Source: Bdellovibrionota bacterium
GTDB lineage: Bacteria; Bdellovibrionota_C; UBA2361; OMIW01
Assembly (NCBI GenBank): GCA_044345055.1
Contig: JBIJBT010000016.1
Span: 1 to 39,437 of the forward strand
Length of the DNA stretch: 39,437 nt
Reading direction: 5' to 3'
A program made the position numbers and the translations under genes. Each line of letters starts with the position of its first letter. Position 1 is the first letter of the stretch. The notes beneath the pieces were generated by a model. It was not told the origin of the DNA, made no database searches, and saw only the letters and a program-made list of their open reading frames with translations. Shown here piece by piece: positions 18,521 through 27,325 of this stretch.

Positions 18521-20279
18521 GGGATTTACTACAGAAGAAAAGGCCCAGAGAACGAGCGCTACATTCTCTGTGTTGCTACGCTTTCTGCGCGCGGTACCCT
18601 TTTATCGTCGAGCGCTTTTTCCGATTGCTCTGCTATCGGCGATCGGCTCAGTCTCACATCAACTTATTGTATGGATGGTGGGAAGATACGCTGAGTGTCA
18701 CGGTGCGGCTGAGTGCACACTGCCAAAGTCTTTAGATCGAATCGGCTTAACCGTCTCTCTTGGTGCCTTATTCCTCCTTGTATTGTTAGGTTTCCTCTCG
18801 CGTGTTTTCTTGTGGGTCACCTTCGAGGCGCTTGGTCCGTTCGCGTCTCTTCCTCTATTTCGGCGGATGATCGAGAGTCTTGCTAAAACCCGCACCTCAT
18901 TTTTCGATGAATACCCCTCGGGAAAGATCATCAATCGTCTCACCGGCGATGCAGAGAGAGTGCGGGTTGATCTTCCGATAATGATTGAGGATTCGATAAT
19001 AAGTATTACTGAATTTTTTATAATTTTGATCGTAATCTCTCTCGCCACTCCCTTTGCCGCTCTTCCCGCGATACCAATTCTCCTTCTGTTTCTCTTCATC
19101 CAAACCAATTCCGCTCCTATGTTGCAACATCTGAACATGCTCCGATCTGCCCGTTTCGGAGAGGTGCTTCACCGTGAGTCAGATATAATCGAGGGAGTGC
19201 GATGTTACGACCTTTATAATGCCCTCCCGCCCCTTCTAAATAGATTTTCTCAAGCTGCATATCGCTACATGCAGATGCACTTTCTTCGTGGGCACGTCCA
19301 GATGCTCGCTCGACTATGGTGCGATATCGCAGTTGCTTTTTACGGTGCAACAGTTCTGTGCGCCATCTCAATCTGCATCCACTATGGGCTACTCTCAGCC
19401 GTTCTCGGCGCCGTAATTGTCTCTGCAACCTTTAGAATCGGTGGGCTTCTCGGGTGGCTCTCAGGCGCACTCGTCAGCCTCTATGAATGTCTCGGCATAG
19501 CCCGAAGAGTCTTCGAATATGTAGACCTACCCCCAGAGACCGCCGAAGAGGGAAACACCCCTCCAACTACAACAACCAGCGCGACTCTCCTCACCGGCGA
19601 TCTTATCTTCACCAACTACTCGATGAGCTATCGCGCCACGACGCCGCAGATTCTCACAAACCTCTCTCTTCGCATCCCCCACGGCACAAAGGTCGGGCTC
19701 GTCGGCAGAACAGGAGCAGGAAAAAGCAGCCTCGTGCAGTCTCTGTTTCGGATGGTCTACGTCCACGGTGGCGATATCAAGATCGGCGATCAGTCAATCC
19801 TCGCCCTCCCGATCGAGCAAGCGCGCGCCCACTTTGCCATAGTCCCTCAAGACCCGTACCTTTTCGAGGGTACTCTCCGTTCAAACCTCGACCGCAACGG
19901 CGAACACTCAGACGAGCCTCTCAAGCAAATTCTTAACACCTTAAATCTACCCATAGATCTCTCAACACCCCTCACTGAGGGCGGCGCAAATCTCTCCCTA
20001 GGGGAGCGCCAGCTCATATGCCTAGCCCGCGTTATCATTTCAAACCGCCCCTTCGTAATAATGGATGAACCAACGAGCGGCGTCGACACAATCACCGACG
20101 CTACAATGCAATCGGTATTACGCTCAGCCCTAGCAGATCGCACCATAATAACAATAGCCCATCGCCTCGAAACTCTCTCCGCAATGGATCGGATAATTGA
20201 GCTTTCAGGGGGAGAAATCGTAAGAGATGGGACTCCGGAGGAGGTGCTGCCGATGTTAAGTGAGGCGGAGTTGGGGTAG
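18510..20279 (+). CDS. ABC exporter TMD-NBD half resembling ABCC/MRP NBD2
   Basis: SFFDEYPSGKIINR, VGRTGAGKSSL..LFR, PQDPYLFEGTLRSNLD, NLSLGERQLICLAR, MDEPT and IAHRL motifs; overlaps the upstream gene. Confidence 0.9.
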   Translation: MEAEGFTTEEKAQRTSATFSVLLRFLRAVPFYRRALFPIALLSAIGSVSHQLIVWMVGRYAECHGAAECTLPKSLDRIGLTVSLGALFLLVLLGFLSRVFLWVTFEALGPFASLPLFRRMIESLAKTRTSFFDEYPSGKIINRLTGDAERVRVDLPIMIEDSIISITEFFIILIVISLATPFAALPAIPILLLFLFIQTNSAPMLQHLNMLRSARFGEVLHRESDIIEGVRCYDLYNALPPLLNRFSQAAYRYMQMHFLRGHVQMLARLWCDIAVAFYGATVLCAISICIHYGLLSAVLGAVIVSATFRIGGLLGWLSGALVSLYECLGIARRVFEYVDLPPETAEEGNTPPTTTTSATLLTGDLIFTNYSMSYRATTPQILTNLSLRIPHGTKVGLVGRTGAGKSSLVQSLFRMVYVHGGDIKIGDQSILALPIEQARAHFAIVPQDPYLFEGTLRSNLDRNGEHSDEPLKQILNTLNLPIDLSTPLTEGGANLSLGERQLICLARVIISNRPFVIMDEPTSGVDTITDATMQSVLRSALADRTIITIAHRLETLSAMDRIIELSGGEIVRDGTPEEVLPMLSEAELG

Positions 20280-20497
20280 CGCGGGGGCGCTATCTGAACC
20301 TAGCGAACATCTCAATCCAAAAAATCGCCGATATGGGGAACTTCATGGTGTAAATAGAGCAGTATAATTTGGATTTTTTGTTAATAATTGTGTTAAGGTT
20401 GTCATTAGTGACAATTAATCTAGAGAGTTAGTAAATCTATCCAATTTCGCGCCTTCATATGGCGGGCGGGTGTTTTTTAGCTGTACTGAGGATTGAG

Positions 20498-21691
20498 ATG
20501 GGGAGTTTTGCGTCGAAAACACAGAGAGATAATCCATTAAATCAAGCAACGCTCTCTTCGACGCCGATTTTCGGGATTCTTAAATTAAAAGGTGAAAGAA
20601 ATTATCAATTTTTTCCGGATGACGTTACCAAACCTCCGGCAATCAAGATTAACGAAATTAATTTTATAAAGGACGAAATCCCTCCCTCGCGGAATGCACT
20701 GAATCTCCTTATGGCAAATTTCGATTTGCCGGTAACGTTGAAGATAGAATCTCACTCACGGTATTTTGCTGAACCACTTGATGAAGATGACGAACATACC
20801 CCATCCATCAGAGCGACCGTAGTCGGGATACCCCCGATTAACCCAACTCCAGAAGATATTTTATCTCTAAATCAAACAGTACTTCTACGAGGTACGATTG
20901 CGATTCAGGAGACAGATGATGGGTTTCAAGTCACCCTAAGCCACAAAGACAGAAGCTACGTTCTGAAAACTGACACCTATCCCCAAGTAATAAGAACTAA
21001 TCCAGTCAGCGGAAATCGAGATTCAGCCGAAAAAGCAGTTCCAAATTCCGGCCCTAATAGTCTGGCAATTGACGGCGATCGGGTCATTGTCCCTTGTACG
21101 GTAGGTGAAGATGGCTACCTTGAAAGCCCGAGGATTATGGTGGTCGAGTATTCGTCACCAAACTCCTCTCAACAATTGGCAGAACTAGGCCAGAACCCCG
21201 CTGACAAGATCCGGAACATTCTCAACCAGCCGCTGACAACAAAGTCAGCTCAACATTTTTCGAAGGTAATGAGCGAGGTTGATAAGTTTCACCCGTCGCA
21301 GAGATACGATCTTCTCGTTACAACCATGGCGGTGCTTACTGAAACTATGTCTAAACATATTGCAGCGTTGGGCGAACGCGAATTAAGCGATCAACCAATA
21401 GACATTTTTAACGCATTCGTTGAGTTGACAGATATCACGAACTCCTCGATTTCAAAATTGCTCCAATATTTCGGTAAAGTCTCCCCAGAAACTCTTGAAT
21501 CGGCTCGTACTGAGGCTGCAGAAGTAAAACAATCTATTCAAACTGTTATCAACATATTAGAGAGTCCCTCGTCATTCAATTTGAATGAAATCAATCCAGC
21601 CGAAAATACAAACATAGCAGGCGAGATTCGCGAGCAGTTCCTCACATCGTTGCGTCGAGCATCATTTAATTTTGCCTTTTTTGTTGAATAA
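20498..21691 (+). CDS. Hypothetical protein (beta-rich N-terminus, helical C-terminus)
   Basis: About 400-codon ORF with no long competing ORF; GAGG RBS before ATG 20498 (alternative start 20459). No family recognised. Confidence 0.6.
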   Translation: MGSFASKTQRDNPLNQATLSSTPIFGILKLKGERNYQFFPDDVTKPPAIKINEINFIKDEIPPSRNALNLLMANFDLPVTLKIESHSRYFAEPLDEDDEHTPSIRATVVGIPPINPTPEDILSLNQTVLLRGTIAIQETDDGFQVTLSHKDRSYVLKTDTYPQVIRTNPVSGNRDSAEKAVPNSGPNSLAIDGDRVIVPCTVGEDGYLESPRIMVVEYSSPNSSQQLAELGQNPADKIRNILNQPLTTKSAQHFSKVMSEVDKFHPSQRYDLLVTTMAVLTETMSKHIAALGERELSDQPIDIFNAFVELTDITNSSISKLLQYFGKVSPETLESARTEAAEVKQSIQTVINILESPSSFNLNEINPAENTNIAGEIREQFLTSLRRASFNFAFFVE

Positions 21692-21711
21692 AACACTTTG
21701 ACCACCAAAAC

Positions 21712-23100
21712 TTACCCAGCCCCTCGATCGAACACCATTATCCCCTTGCTGGAAGCAGGTTTACGCCCAGGGAGAGGCAAGAGTGATGGATGAAAAGGGA
21801 AAGTCTCATGTTGGGTGACAGCAAGGATTGATAAATCGCCATCAGGATTTATGTACGGAACGAACAAAGCTCCCGTTCGCCAAGCTCCAGAGTCTGCTCC
21901 TAAGATAAGACCTTTGTCGCCATCTGAAATGGTGTAGCCCTCAAAGCCCGCACCCGGACTGTGTCCTACAACTAATGCACGCCCATTAATTTGGGGTAAG
22001 AGCTCAGTCACATTCCTCTGCGACAACGAGGAAGAGTTCAGCGGATTAGCGTTGCATACTGCTGATATAGTGTTCTCAGAAGCTCCATCTGCGCCCGATT
22101 TAAGTTGCTGACACAATTCTTCCAGCTGTGCGTTGTCGGACGGAAGACCACCATGAGCAAAAACCCATTCTCCAAATTTCGCGGCTACATTGAGGCGATT
22201 GAAAAATTCTGCGTGCCCTGATTCTGTTAATATCTTTTGCCAAAGGGTGCTGAAATCTTTGAAGAATGAAAGAGCGTCTTCTTTATTGTTGATTTTTTGC
22301 CCATTATTGCTCCAACTCCAACCACTTTCCCCATCACGAACAGGATAAACTCCCACGAACGAAAGTAGTGCATTTTTTTCCTCTTCTCCGAGACCCTCCC
22401 TCTTCACATACGATCGCACCGTATCTCCAAAACCCTTTTCGAGCGCTTCGGCAAAACGTTGTGCGTACTTCACCACTTCTTCATCGCTACAATCGGCAGC
22501 AAGACCGCGCAGATGGAAACCGATCCCTTCGACCTCTTCGTGATTACCTCTTGAAAATTTGAAGGTTACACCCGAGAGCCCAATCTCTGGCGAAGAATTA
22601 GTACTCACATCGATCAATCTACTAACAACCCTCTCCGAATAGGGCCCTTTGTTCAGATAATCACCAAGGCATACGATTGTCACGTTGTTTGGTTCGAGTC
22701 CTTGCCCCTGTATTTGCGCTTTTATAACCCCAAGAACCCCTTCCAATAGTGCCGATTCACCGTGTAGGTCTGGAATTACAAAGATATGATTTCCATCGGT
22801 GGGGATACCAGTTTGCAACACAGCTTTCGCAGGACTCGCTGCGTCGGTTTTCCACTGCTCTGTAAAAATTGAAGCTATTTTATTGAGACCTTCTGAAGAA
22901 GGTTGCGGAAAGTAAACTGGAGAATGTGAAGCCCTGCTCGCTAATCCATCTGCCTTAAGAGGGGTCATCAATGCAGATATAAAAACCGAACGGTCATCTG
23001 TTCGATATTCGAACAGAGATTCGACTTCTGGGTCCTGTGAATTATTAGAGGGACTAGCCTGTTCCGGTCTTGGACAAGCTGCTATCAGCTGCTTTGTCAA
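21712..23100 (-). CDS. Calcineurin-like metallophosphoesterase (PPP/ApaH-type Ser/Thr phosphatase motifs)
   Basis: DLHG, GDYLNKG, RGNHE, AHGG, VVGHSP and DSGA motifs in order. Start uncertain (see the in-frame TGA finding). Confidence 0.82.
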   Translation of the reverse strand: MTKQLIAACPRPEQASPSNNSQDPEVESLFEYRTDDRSVFISALMTPLKADGLASRASHSPVYFPQPSSEGLNKIASIFTEQWKTDAASPAKAVLQTGIPTDGNHIFVIPDLHGESALLEGVLGVIKAQIQGQGLEPNNVTIVCLGDYLNKGPYSERVVSRLIDVSTNSSPEIGLSGVTFKFSRGNHEEVEGIGFHLRGLAADCSDEEVVKYAQRFAEALEKGFGDTVRSYVKREGLGEEEKNALLSFVGVYPVRDGESGWSWSNNGQKINNKEDALSFFKDFSTLWQKILTESGHAEFFNRLNVAAKFGEWVFAHGGLPSDNAQLEELCQQLKSGADGASENTISAVCNANPLNSSSLSQRNVTELLPQINGRALVVGHSPGAGFEGYTISDGDKGLILGADSGAWRTGALFVPYINPDGDLSILAVTQHETFPFHPSLLPLPGRKPASSKGIMVFDRGAG

Positions 23101-23430
23101 ATCCTGAAGATATTCCCGAGGTCAATTAGCGAGTACTTCTGGTTCATACCTAGTAACAGCGCAAGCAATTTCAGAGATGGTCTGTGCACAGGTCCTATCG
23201 GATCGCGCCGACACCTGACTGCTACTAACAGCAGCCCCGCTCACTAAAATCGCCGAAATCGTCTCAAATGAAAAAGTAAAATTCGCACCAGAAAGGCCGA
23301 TTTCCTCTGAGACCGCAGGAGCTAACATCTCAAAATCAAGTAACTCAAAATTTCACACCAAAGCAACAGCCACTTCAGACCCCAAAGCCTCTGCTCAACC
23401 GCAGCTCACTTTCTCCGGGAAATGCAATCC

Positions 23431-23459
23431 TTCGAGGGGCCACTAACCAACCCCTCGAA
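23431..23459. terminator. Hairpin downstream of the DUF5666-like gene
   Basis: TTCGAGGGG...CCCCTCGAA perfect 9-bp stem about 15 nt after the stop; weak U-tract. Confidence 0.5.
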
Positions 23460-23473
23460 CATCCTCGGTCGTT

Positions 23474-24034
23474 TTAGTCTGCCGACGCGCAGTCGTCATC
23501 CTGCTTTAATCGGGTCACTGTGTTTCCTGATTCTCGCTTCAACCCTTTAAGCTCAACACAAGCTCCTGCCTGCAGGTCTTCTTTCGAAAAACCAACTCCG
23601 ACAAATTGAGCCGAAGAGGAAACTGTGTATGTCGCTCCGTTCACTTGAATAACTGGATCAGAGAAACTTTCAATGAATCCTTTTACCTCGAATTCGGCCA
23701 AACCATCGTCCGAACCCGGTGAATCTTCGTTGGAATCACTTTTGTCATCAAAACCGTCATCATCGGAATCGCTGTCACACCGATTGCTTCCAATAGCACC
23801 CTCGACGATGTCTGATACTCCATCGGAATCCGAATCAACTCCAACCTTTTTCGCCTTAACTCGAATACGCTCCGACGGATTTAAGGACGACAATTTGCGG
23901 GCTAGTCGCTTTTCGGCACGGCTAATATTAACAACCTCTCTCTGGACATCATTTAATCGGGGGCCCGCATTCGCTGAAACCATAAGGCTACTAACTACAC
24001 AAATGGAAAGCCCTAACTTTTCTCGAAACTTCAT
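23474..24034 (-). CDS. Secreted protein with DxDxDG Ca-binding-like repeats and a DUF5666-like OB domain
   Basis: Signal peptide (ANA). DSDSDGVSD..E and DSDSDDDGFDD repeats. FEVKGFIES..IQVNG...LQAGACVELKG domain. Confidence 0.7.
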   Translation of the reverse strand: MKFREKLGLSICVVSSLMVSANAGPRLNDVQREVVNISRAEKRLARKLSSLNPSERIRVKAKKVGVDSDSDGVSDIVEGAIGSNRCDSDSDDDGFDDKSDSNEDSPGSDDGLAEFEVKGFIESFSDPVIQVNGATYTVSSSAQFVGVGFSKEDLQAGACVELKGLKRESGNTVTRLKQDDDCASAD

Positions 24035-24453
24035 GATTCCCCCAATCTTCAAAACTAGACACTCGATGAATCTCAGAAACCACCGAGTCCACCACCCTTT
24101 TCAAATTTTACCACACCAATCCAATCCCAAGAAAAGATCTATGTTACCAGTCAAAAAAAGGGGGGCTTAATTTAAAACCTATTCCCACCCATTCAATTAT
24201 GTTGTCCTTTACAACCTTGACCTTTTCTCGTAAGGCTGTCATCCTCCGACCGTTGGTGGATGGCAGTAGCTCCCAGTCGTATTTATTAGCCATCAGAATT
24301 CAATTTCTTGCACCGACTCATTTCCGGTTTGCACCGAATGAGGTAGTCATTGAAGGTAAGGGACCGGCTGGTGTCAGCTTTCAGTAGACACGGTCCGCAG
24401 TTAAAGCAGACTCGCCACGGAAGCAGACCAAGGCTTCGATATTGGAGTGTTTT

Positions 24454-24699
24454 ATGTCTCACAAATGTTCATTCTCCGGAGTGTGCCGACAGGTTGGAAA
24501 CCGTGTAAGTCACGCTAATAACCGTAAAAGCCATGTATTTCGCGCAAACATCCAGACCCGACGCCTCTACATTCCTGAGTTAAAGAGCTTTCGGCGAATT
24601 CGTTTGTCGACCAATGTTCTAAGAACAATAGACAAGATAGGACTCAATCCTACTCTTAAAAAGTTCGGTATTACCCTCGAGCAAGTTCTTGCTTCGTAA
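24454..24699 (+). CDS. rpmB: 50S ribosomal protein L28
   Basis: GNRVSHANNR...F.ANIQ...LSTNVLRTIDK motifs; GGAG RBS. Confidence 0.95.
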   Translation: MSHKCSFSGVCRQVGNRVSHANNRKSHVFRANIQTRRLYIPELKSFRRIRLSTNVLRTIDKIGLNPTLKKFGITLEQVLAS

Positions 24700-24735
24700 C
24701 TAGTTGGGCCGGATTTTGATTTTAAGAAATTCAAC

Positions 24736-24770
24736 GGGCACCTCGCAGCTATTTTTAAGCGAAGATGCCC
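24736..24770. terminator. Hairpin between convergent rpmB and the zinc-finger gene
   Basis: GGGCACCTCGC...GCGAAGATGCCC stem. Confidence 0.55.
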
Positions 24771-24774
24771 GTTA

Positions 24775-25110
24775 TTAATGAAGGTCCCCTTTTCGCTGAG
24801 CATTATGGCGCTCGGCATTTAGCCGAACCGCTGAATATGATTCAAATAGAGGTTCTCCGGTTTCTTTTGAATCTTGCTCCACGGCCAATTTCAACTTTGG
24901 TCGGTCGATAATTCCAAGCCGTTGATTAATAGGCACGAAAACCTCGGAACATTTCCGGCATTGCAGAACTACAACGATTCCCTCAAGAGTTACCCGCGTA
25001 AGCTCAGTTCCAAAATCTGCATCATCACCACTAGTTAGTCCGCACCCTGGACAGTGTATCTGTTCGATGAATGTCTCTGCGAGACCTCGCAATCTAAACC
25101 GTACTGCCAT
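24775..25110 (-). CDS. Small hypothetical protein with two CxxC motifs (putative zinc ribbon)
   Basis: CPGC and CRKC; AGGGGG RBS before ATG 25110. Confidence 0.7.
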   Translation of the reverse strand: MAVRFRLRGLAETFIEQIHCPGCGLTSGDDADFGTELTRVTLEGIVVVLQCRKCSEVFVPINQRLGIIDRPKLKLAVEQDSKETGEPLFESYSAVRLNAERHNAQRKGDLH

Positions 25111-25215
25111 GTCATCTACCCCCTTTACTGCCAGGTTCAATGATATTCCACCCCATCTCAACAACTCCCTGCTTTTTGAAAACTAACATAGCTTTTTTCC
25201 GTCCCGCCTTCTTAA

Positions 25216-25764
25216 CTACAAGGCCTGGACCAGCCTTTTTCTAAGCTCTAAAAGCCGCCCCCCTTCTCTGATGTCGACATCATCCATAAAATGTCGGATC
25301 AACTTTAGCCCCCGTCCGTGCGATGCTGAATCGGATCCAGTACTAGACTCCCTTAACTCAACCGGATTGTAGCCGGGGCCGTCATCTCTGACCTGTAAAA
25401 CGACAAAAATTCCATCAAAATAGAGCTTTACCCTCAACATTCTCTCTGCGTATCGAGAATCCTCAAGACGCCTTTTCTTTATTTCGCTGAATAGATCCAG
25501 CCCATCTATCCCCGGCTCATCACGCCATTCCGACTTCAACTCAAGATTCCCGTGCTCGTGAGCATTCACCAAGGCTTCGTGGAACGCGACCGTTACACGC
25601 TTTTTCTCATCAGCTATTAGAAGACCGTCCAGCTCTAACTTGAGCAAAATAGTTAATGATATTCCTTGCTCAGAGAACTGACGGGAAGATATTAGGAATT
25701 CTTCCGATAAATTCTCCGGCCCGATTCCGACAGTTTTTCTCTCTCGGTTCGCGTCAGAACTCAT
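25216..25764 (-). CDS. RsbW/SpoIIAB-like anti-sigma factor Ser kinase (HATPase_c_2)
   Basis: EALVNAHEHGN N-box, VRDDGPGY G1 box and HGRGLKLIRHFMDDV G2 box. Confidence 0.88.
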   Translation of the reverse strand: MSSDANRERKTVGIGPENLSEEFLISSRQFSEQGISLTILLKLELDGLLIADEKKRVTVAFHEALVNAHEHGNLELKSEWRDEPGIDGLDLFSEIKKRRLEDSRYAERMLRVKLYFDGIFVVLQVRDDGPGYNPVELRESSTGSDSASHGRGLKLIRHFMDDVDIREGGRLLELRKRLVQAL

Positions 25765-25806
25765 ACAATACTGCCCCAAGCCTCGGCAATTGGGCCTTGA
25801 AATAGC

Positions 25807-26118
25807 TTAGGCTCTGTCAGTCGGTATCAACTTATCGAGCATCAACAGCTCGAACGTCTCCTTGACGAAACCTTCCAATGGACGAACGTAAAGAACCCCC
25901 CCCTCTGCTTTCAACTGTTTATAGCAGGTTAAAACCTTCCCTATTCCATAGCTGTTTATGATCTGGACTTTACTAAGATCGAGAACTACCGTGCGTTTTC
26001 CTCTCTCTCGGAGCGAATTACACGCAGAACGAAGCGCCTCGCCCGCTGCTTCAGTATCGAGGTCGGCATCAACGATGACTACCCCTTTCTCTCCAACCAA
26101 TTCCGTCAAGAACTCCAT
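25807..26118 (-). CDS. STAS-domain anti-sigma-factor antagonist (RsbV/SpoIIAA-like)
   Basis: VVLDLSKVQIINSYGIG with phospho-acceptor Ser; VKETFEL motif. Confidence 0.9.
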   Translation of the reverse strand: MEFLTELVGEKGVVIVDADLDTEAAGEALRSACNSLRERGKRTVVLDLSKVQIINSYGIGKVLTCYKQLKAEGGVLYVRPLEGFVKETFELLMLDKLIPTDRA

Positions 26119-26212
26119 CGTCTTTCCCCTCTCGGTATTTAGTAAATCTGTGGCTGAGCGAGGCCGCCCGACCCCTTTATAAATCAGACGCTTCGCAACA
26201 CCCTAAAGGAGG

Positions 26213-26239
26213 TTGTCGACACAATTCAAGGGAAACTTA
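26213..26239 (-). promoter_or_regulatory. Putative sigma28 (FliA) promoter for the STAS operon
   Basis: Minus strand TAAG-N15-GTCGACAA versus consensus TAAA-N15-GCCGATAA. Confidence 0.5.
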
Positions 26240-26260
26240 ATAGTCATCGAAGCTAAGCTT

Positions 26261-26719
26261 TTACGACTTTGGCTCAGCTTCTTCTTGGGGTGTGAAGAGT
26301 GAATATCGGGTGTCTAGGTTTGGATCGTCGTATATGATCTGAACCCCACGCCTATTTCGCATATTCACAAATACGGGAGCTTTGACATTTGCCGTTGTCT
26401 GGGTAGGGTCCTGTCGAACGGTAACTATGAGCAAAATGGCGAATTCGTCATCACTCCGAAAATCGCATTGAGGGTCAGCGAATGGAATCTTTCGATCGTA
26501 TCGATCCCCCATCTCCATACCATCGATCACAACAAACGCGAGCGAAGGCTCATCAAGGCTCTGAAGCCAACAAAAGGGCCCTTTATGTTCGAGCATGATA
26601 TATCGGCGCTGATTGGGAAAACCGATCATTCCTCGGGGGAATTCGATCACCGTGGAGGCCGGCACTTCGAACTCTCCGAAGCGGGAGCTTTTTACTGTGA
26701 TGGTTGCTGAATCAGGCAT
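26261..26719 (-). CDS. fliW: Flagellar assembly factor FliW
   Basis: [28 protein letters not shown] and TANVKAP motifs; coupled to csrA. Confidence 0.93.
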   Translation of the reverse strand: MPDSATITVKSSRFGEFEVPASTVIEFPRGMIGFPNQRRYIMLEHKGPFCWLQSLDEPSLAFVVIDGMEMGDRYDRKIPFADPQCDFRSDDEFAILLIVTVRQDPTQTTANVKAPVFVNMRNRRGVQIIYDDPNLDTRYSLFTPQEEAEPKS

Positions 26720-27074
26720 CACCCGCTCCTCCATCACCTTCGCCATCCACTTTTATCTTTTTGCTCTCTTCATGAACCACTGGCGTTTGTCGCGCCTGAG
26801 GCATTCGAGGAGAGACGCTCGCGATACGAGGAGATCGCAAACCATTGAGCTCTGCTGACATCATTGACGGAACATCAGCGCCCTCAGGAATTGAGGCTAC
26901 TGCCTCTTTGTTTGCTGACTGGATCTGCAAATAGATCTCCTCTCGATATATTGGGAAAGAGCGCGGTGCCGCTATCCCAATACGCACCTGATTACCCTTA
27001 ATCTCAACGACTGTAATACGAACATCGTCGCCGATTCGTAGGCTTTCGCCCGGTTTTCTCGTTAAAATCAGCAT
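26712..27074 (-). CDS. csrA: Carbon storage regulator CsrA (FliW-type, extended C-terminus)
   Basis: [23 protein letters not shown] and YREEIY motifs; Asn55 present. Confidence 0.96.
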   Translation of the reverse strand: MLILTRKPGESLRIGDDVRITVVEIKGNQVRIGIAAPRSFPIYREEIYLQIQSANKEAVASIPEGADVPSMMSAELNGLRSPRIASVSPRMPQARQTPVVHEESKKIKVDGEGDGGAGDA

Positions 27075-27325
27075 CCTTGCTGTCCCCGCTTTTACTACGG
27101 CAGTTCAACTTCCCTGTCCGCACAGTCCGCTTGTATTGAGCAACAATGTGTTATTAACACAAGACTGCACCATCCACGCCAGGTTCATCACTACTTCACC
27201 ATATTAGATGGCCTCTAAAAAAAATGGATTCGTCTTTTAGAGCATCATATCCTCACTCAAAGTCATCACTGCTCCTCGAGAGAGTCAGTGAAAGGCGATT
27301 CAAATTTGACCGCAAATAGTTACCA

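Noticed and set aside
20308..20334. GCCGATAT as a sigma28 -10 element
   Set aside because: No TAAA-like -35 at 15-nt spacing.
23122..23124. Alternative genetic code (TGA as Trp or Gly)
   Set aside because: Conserved genes in the window end properly at TGA and use TGG for Trp.
27311..27325. TGGTAACTATTTGCG as a sigma54 promoter for csrA
   Set aside because: GG-GC spacing is 9, not the required 10.
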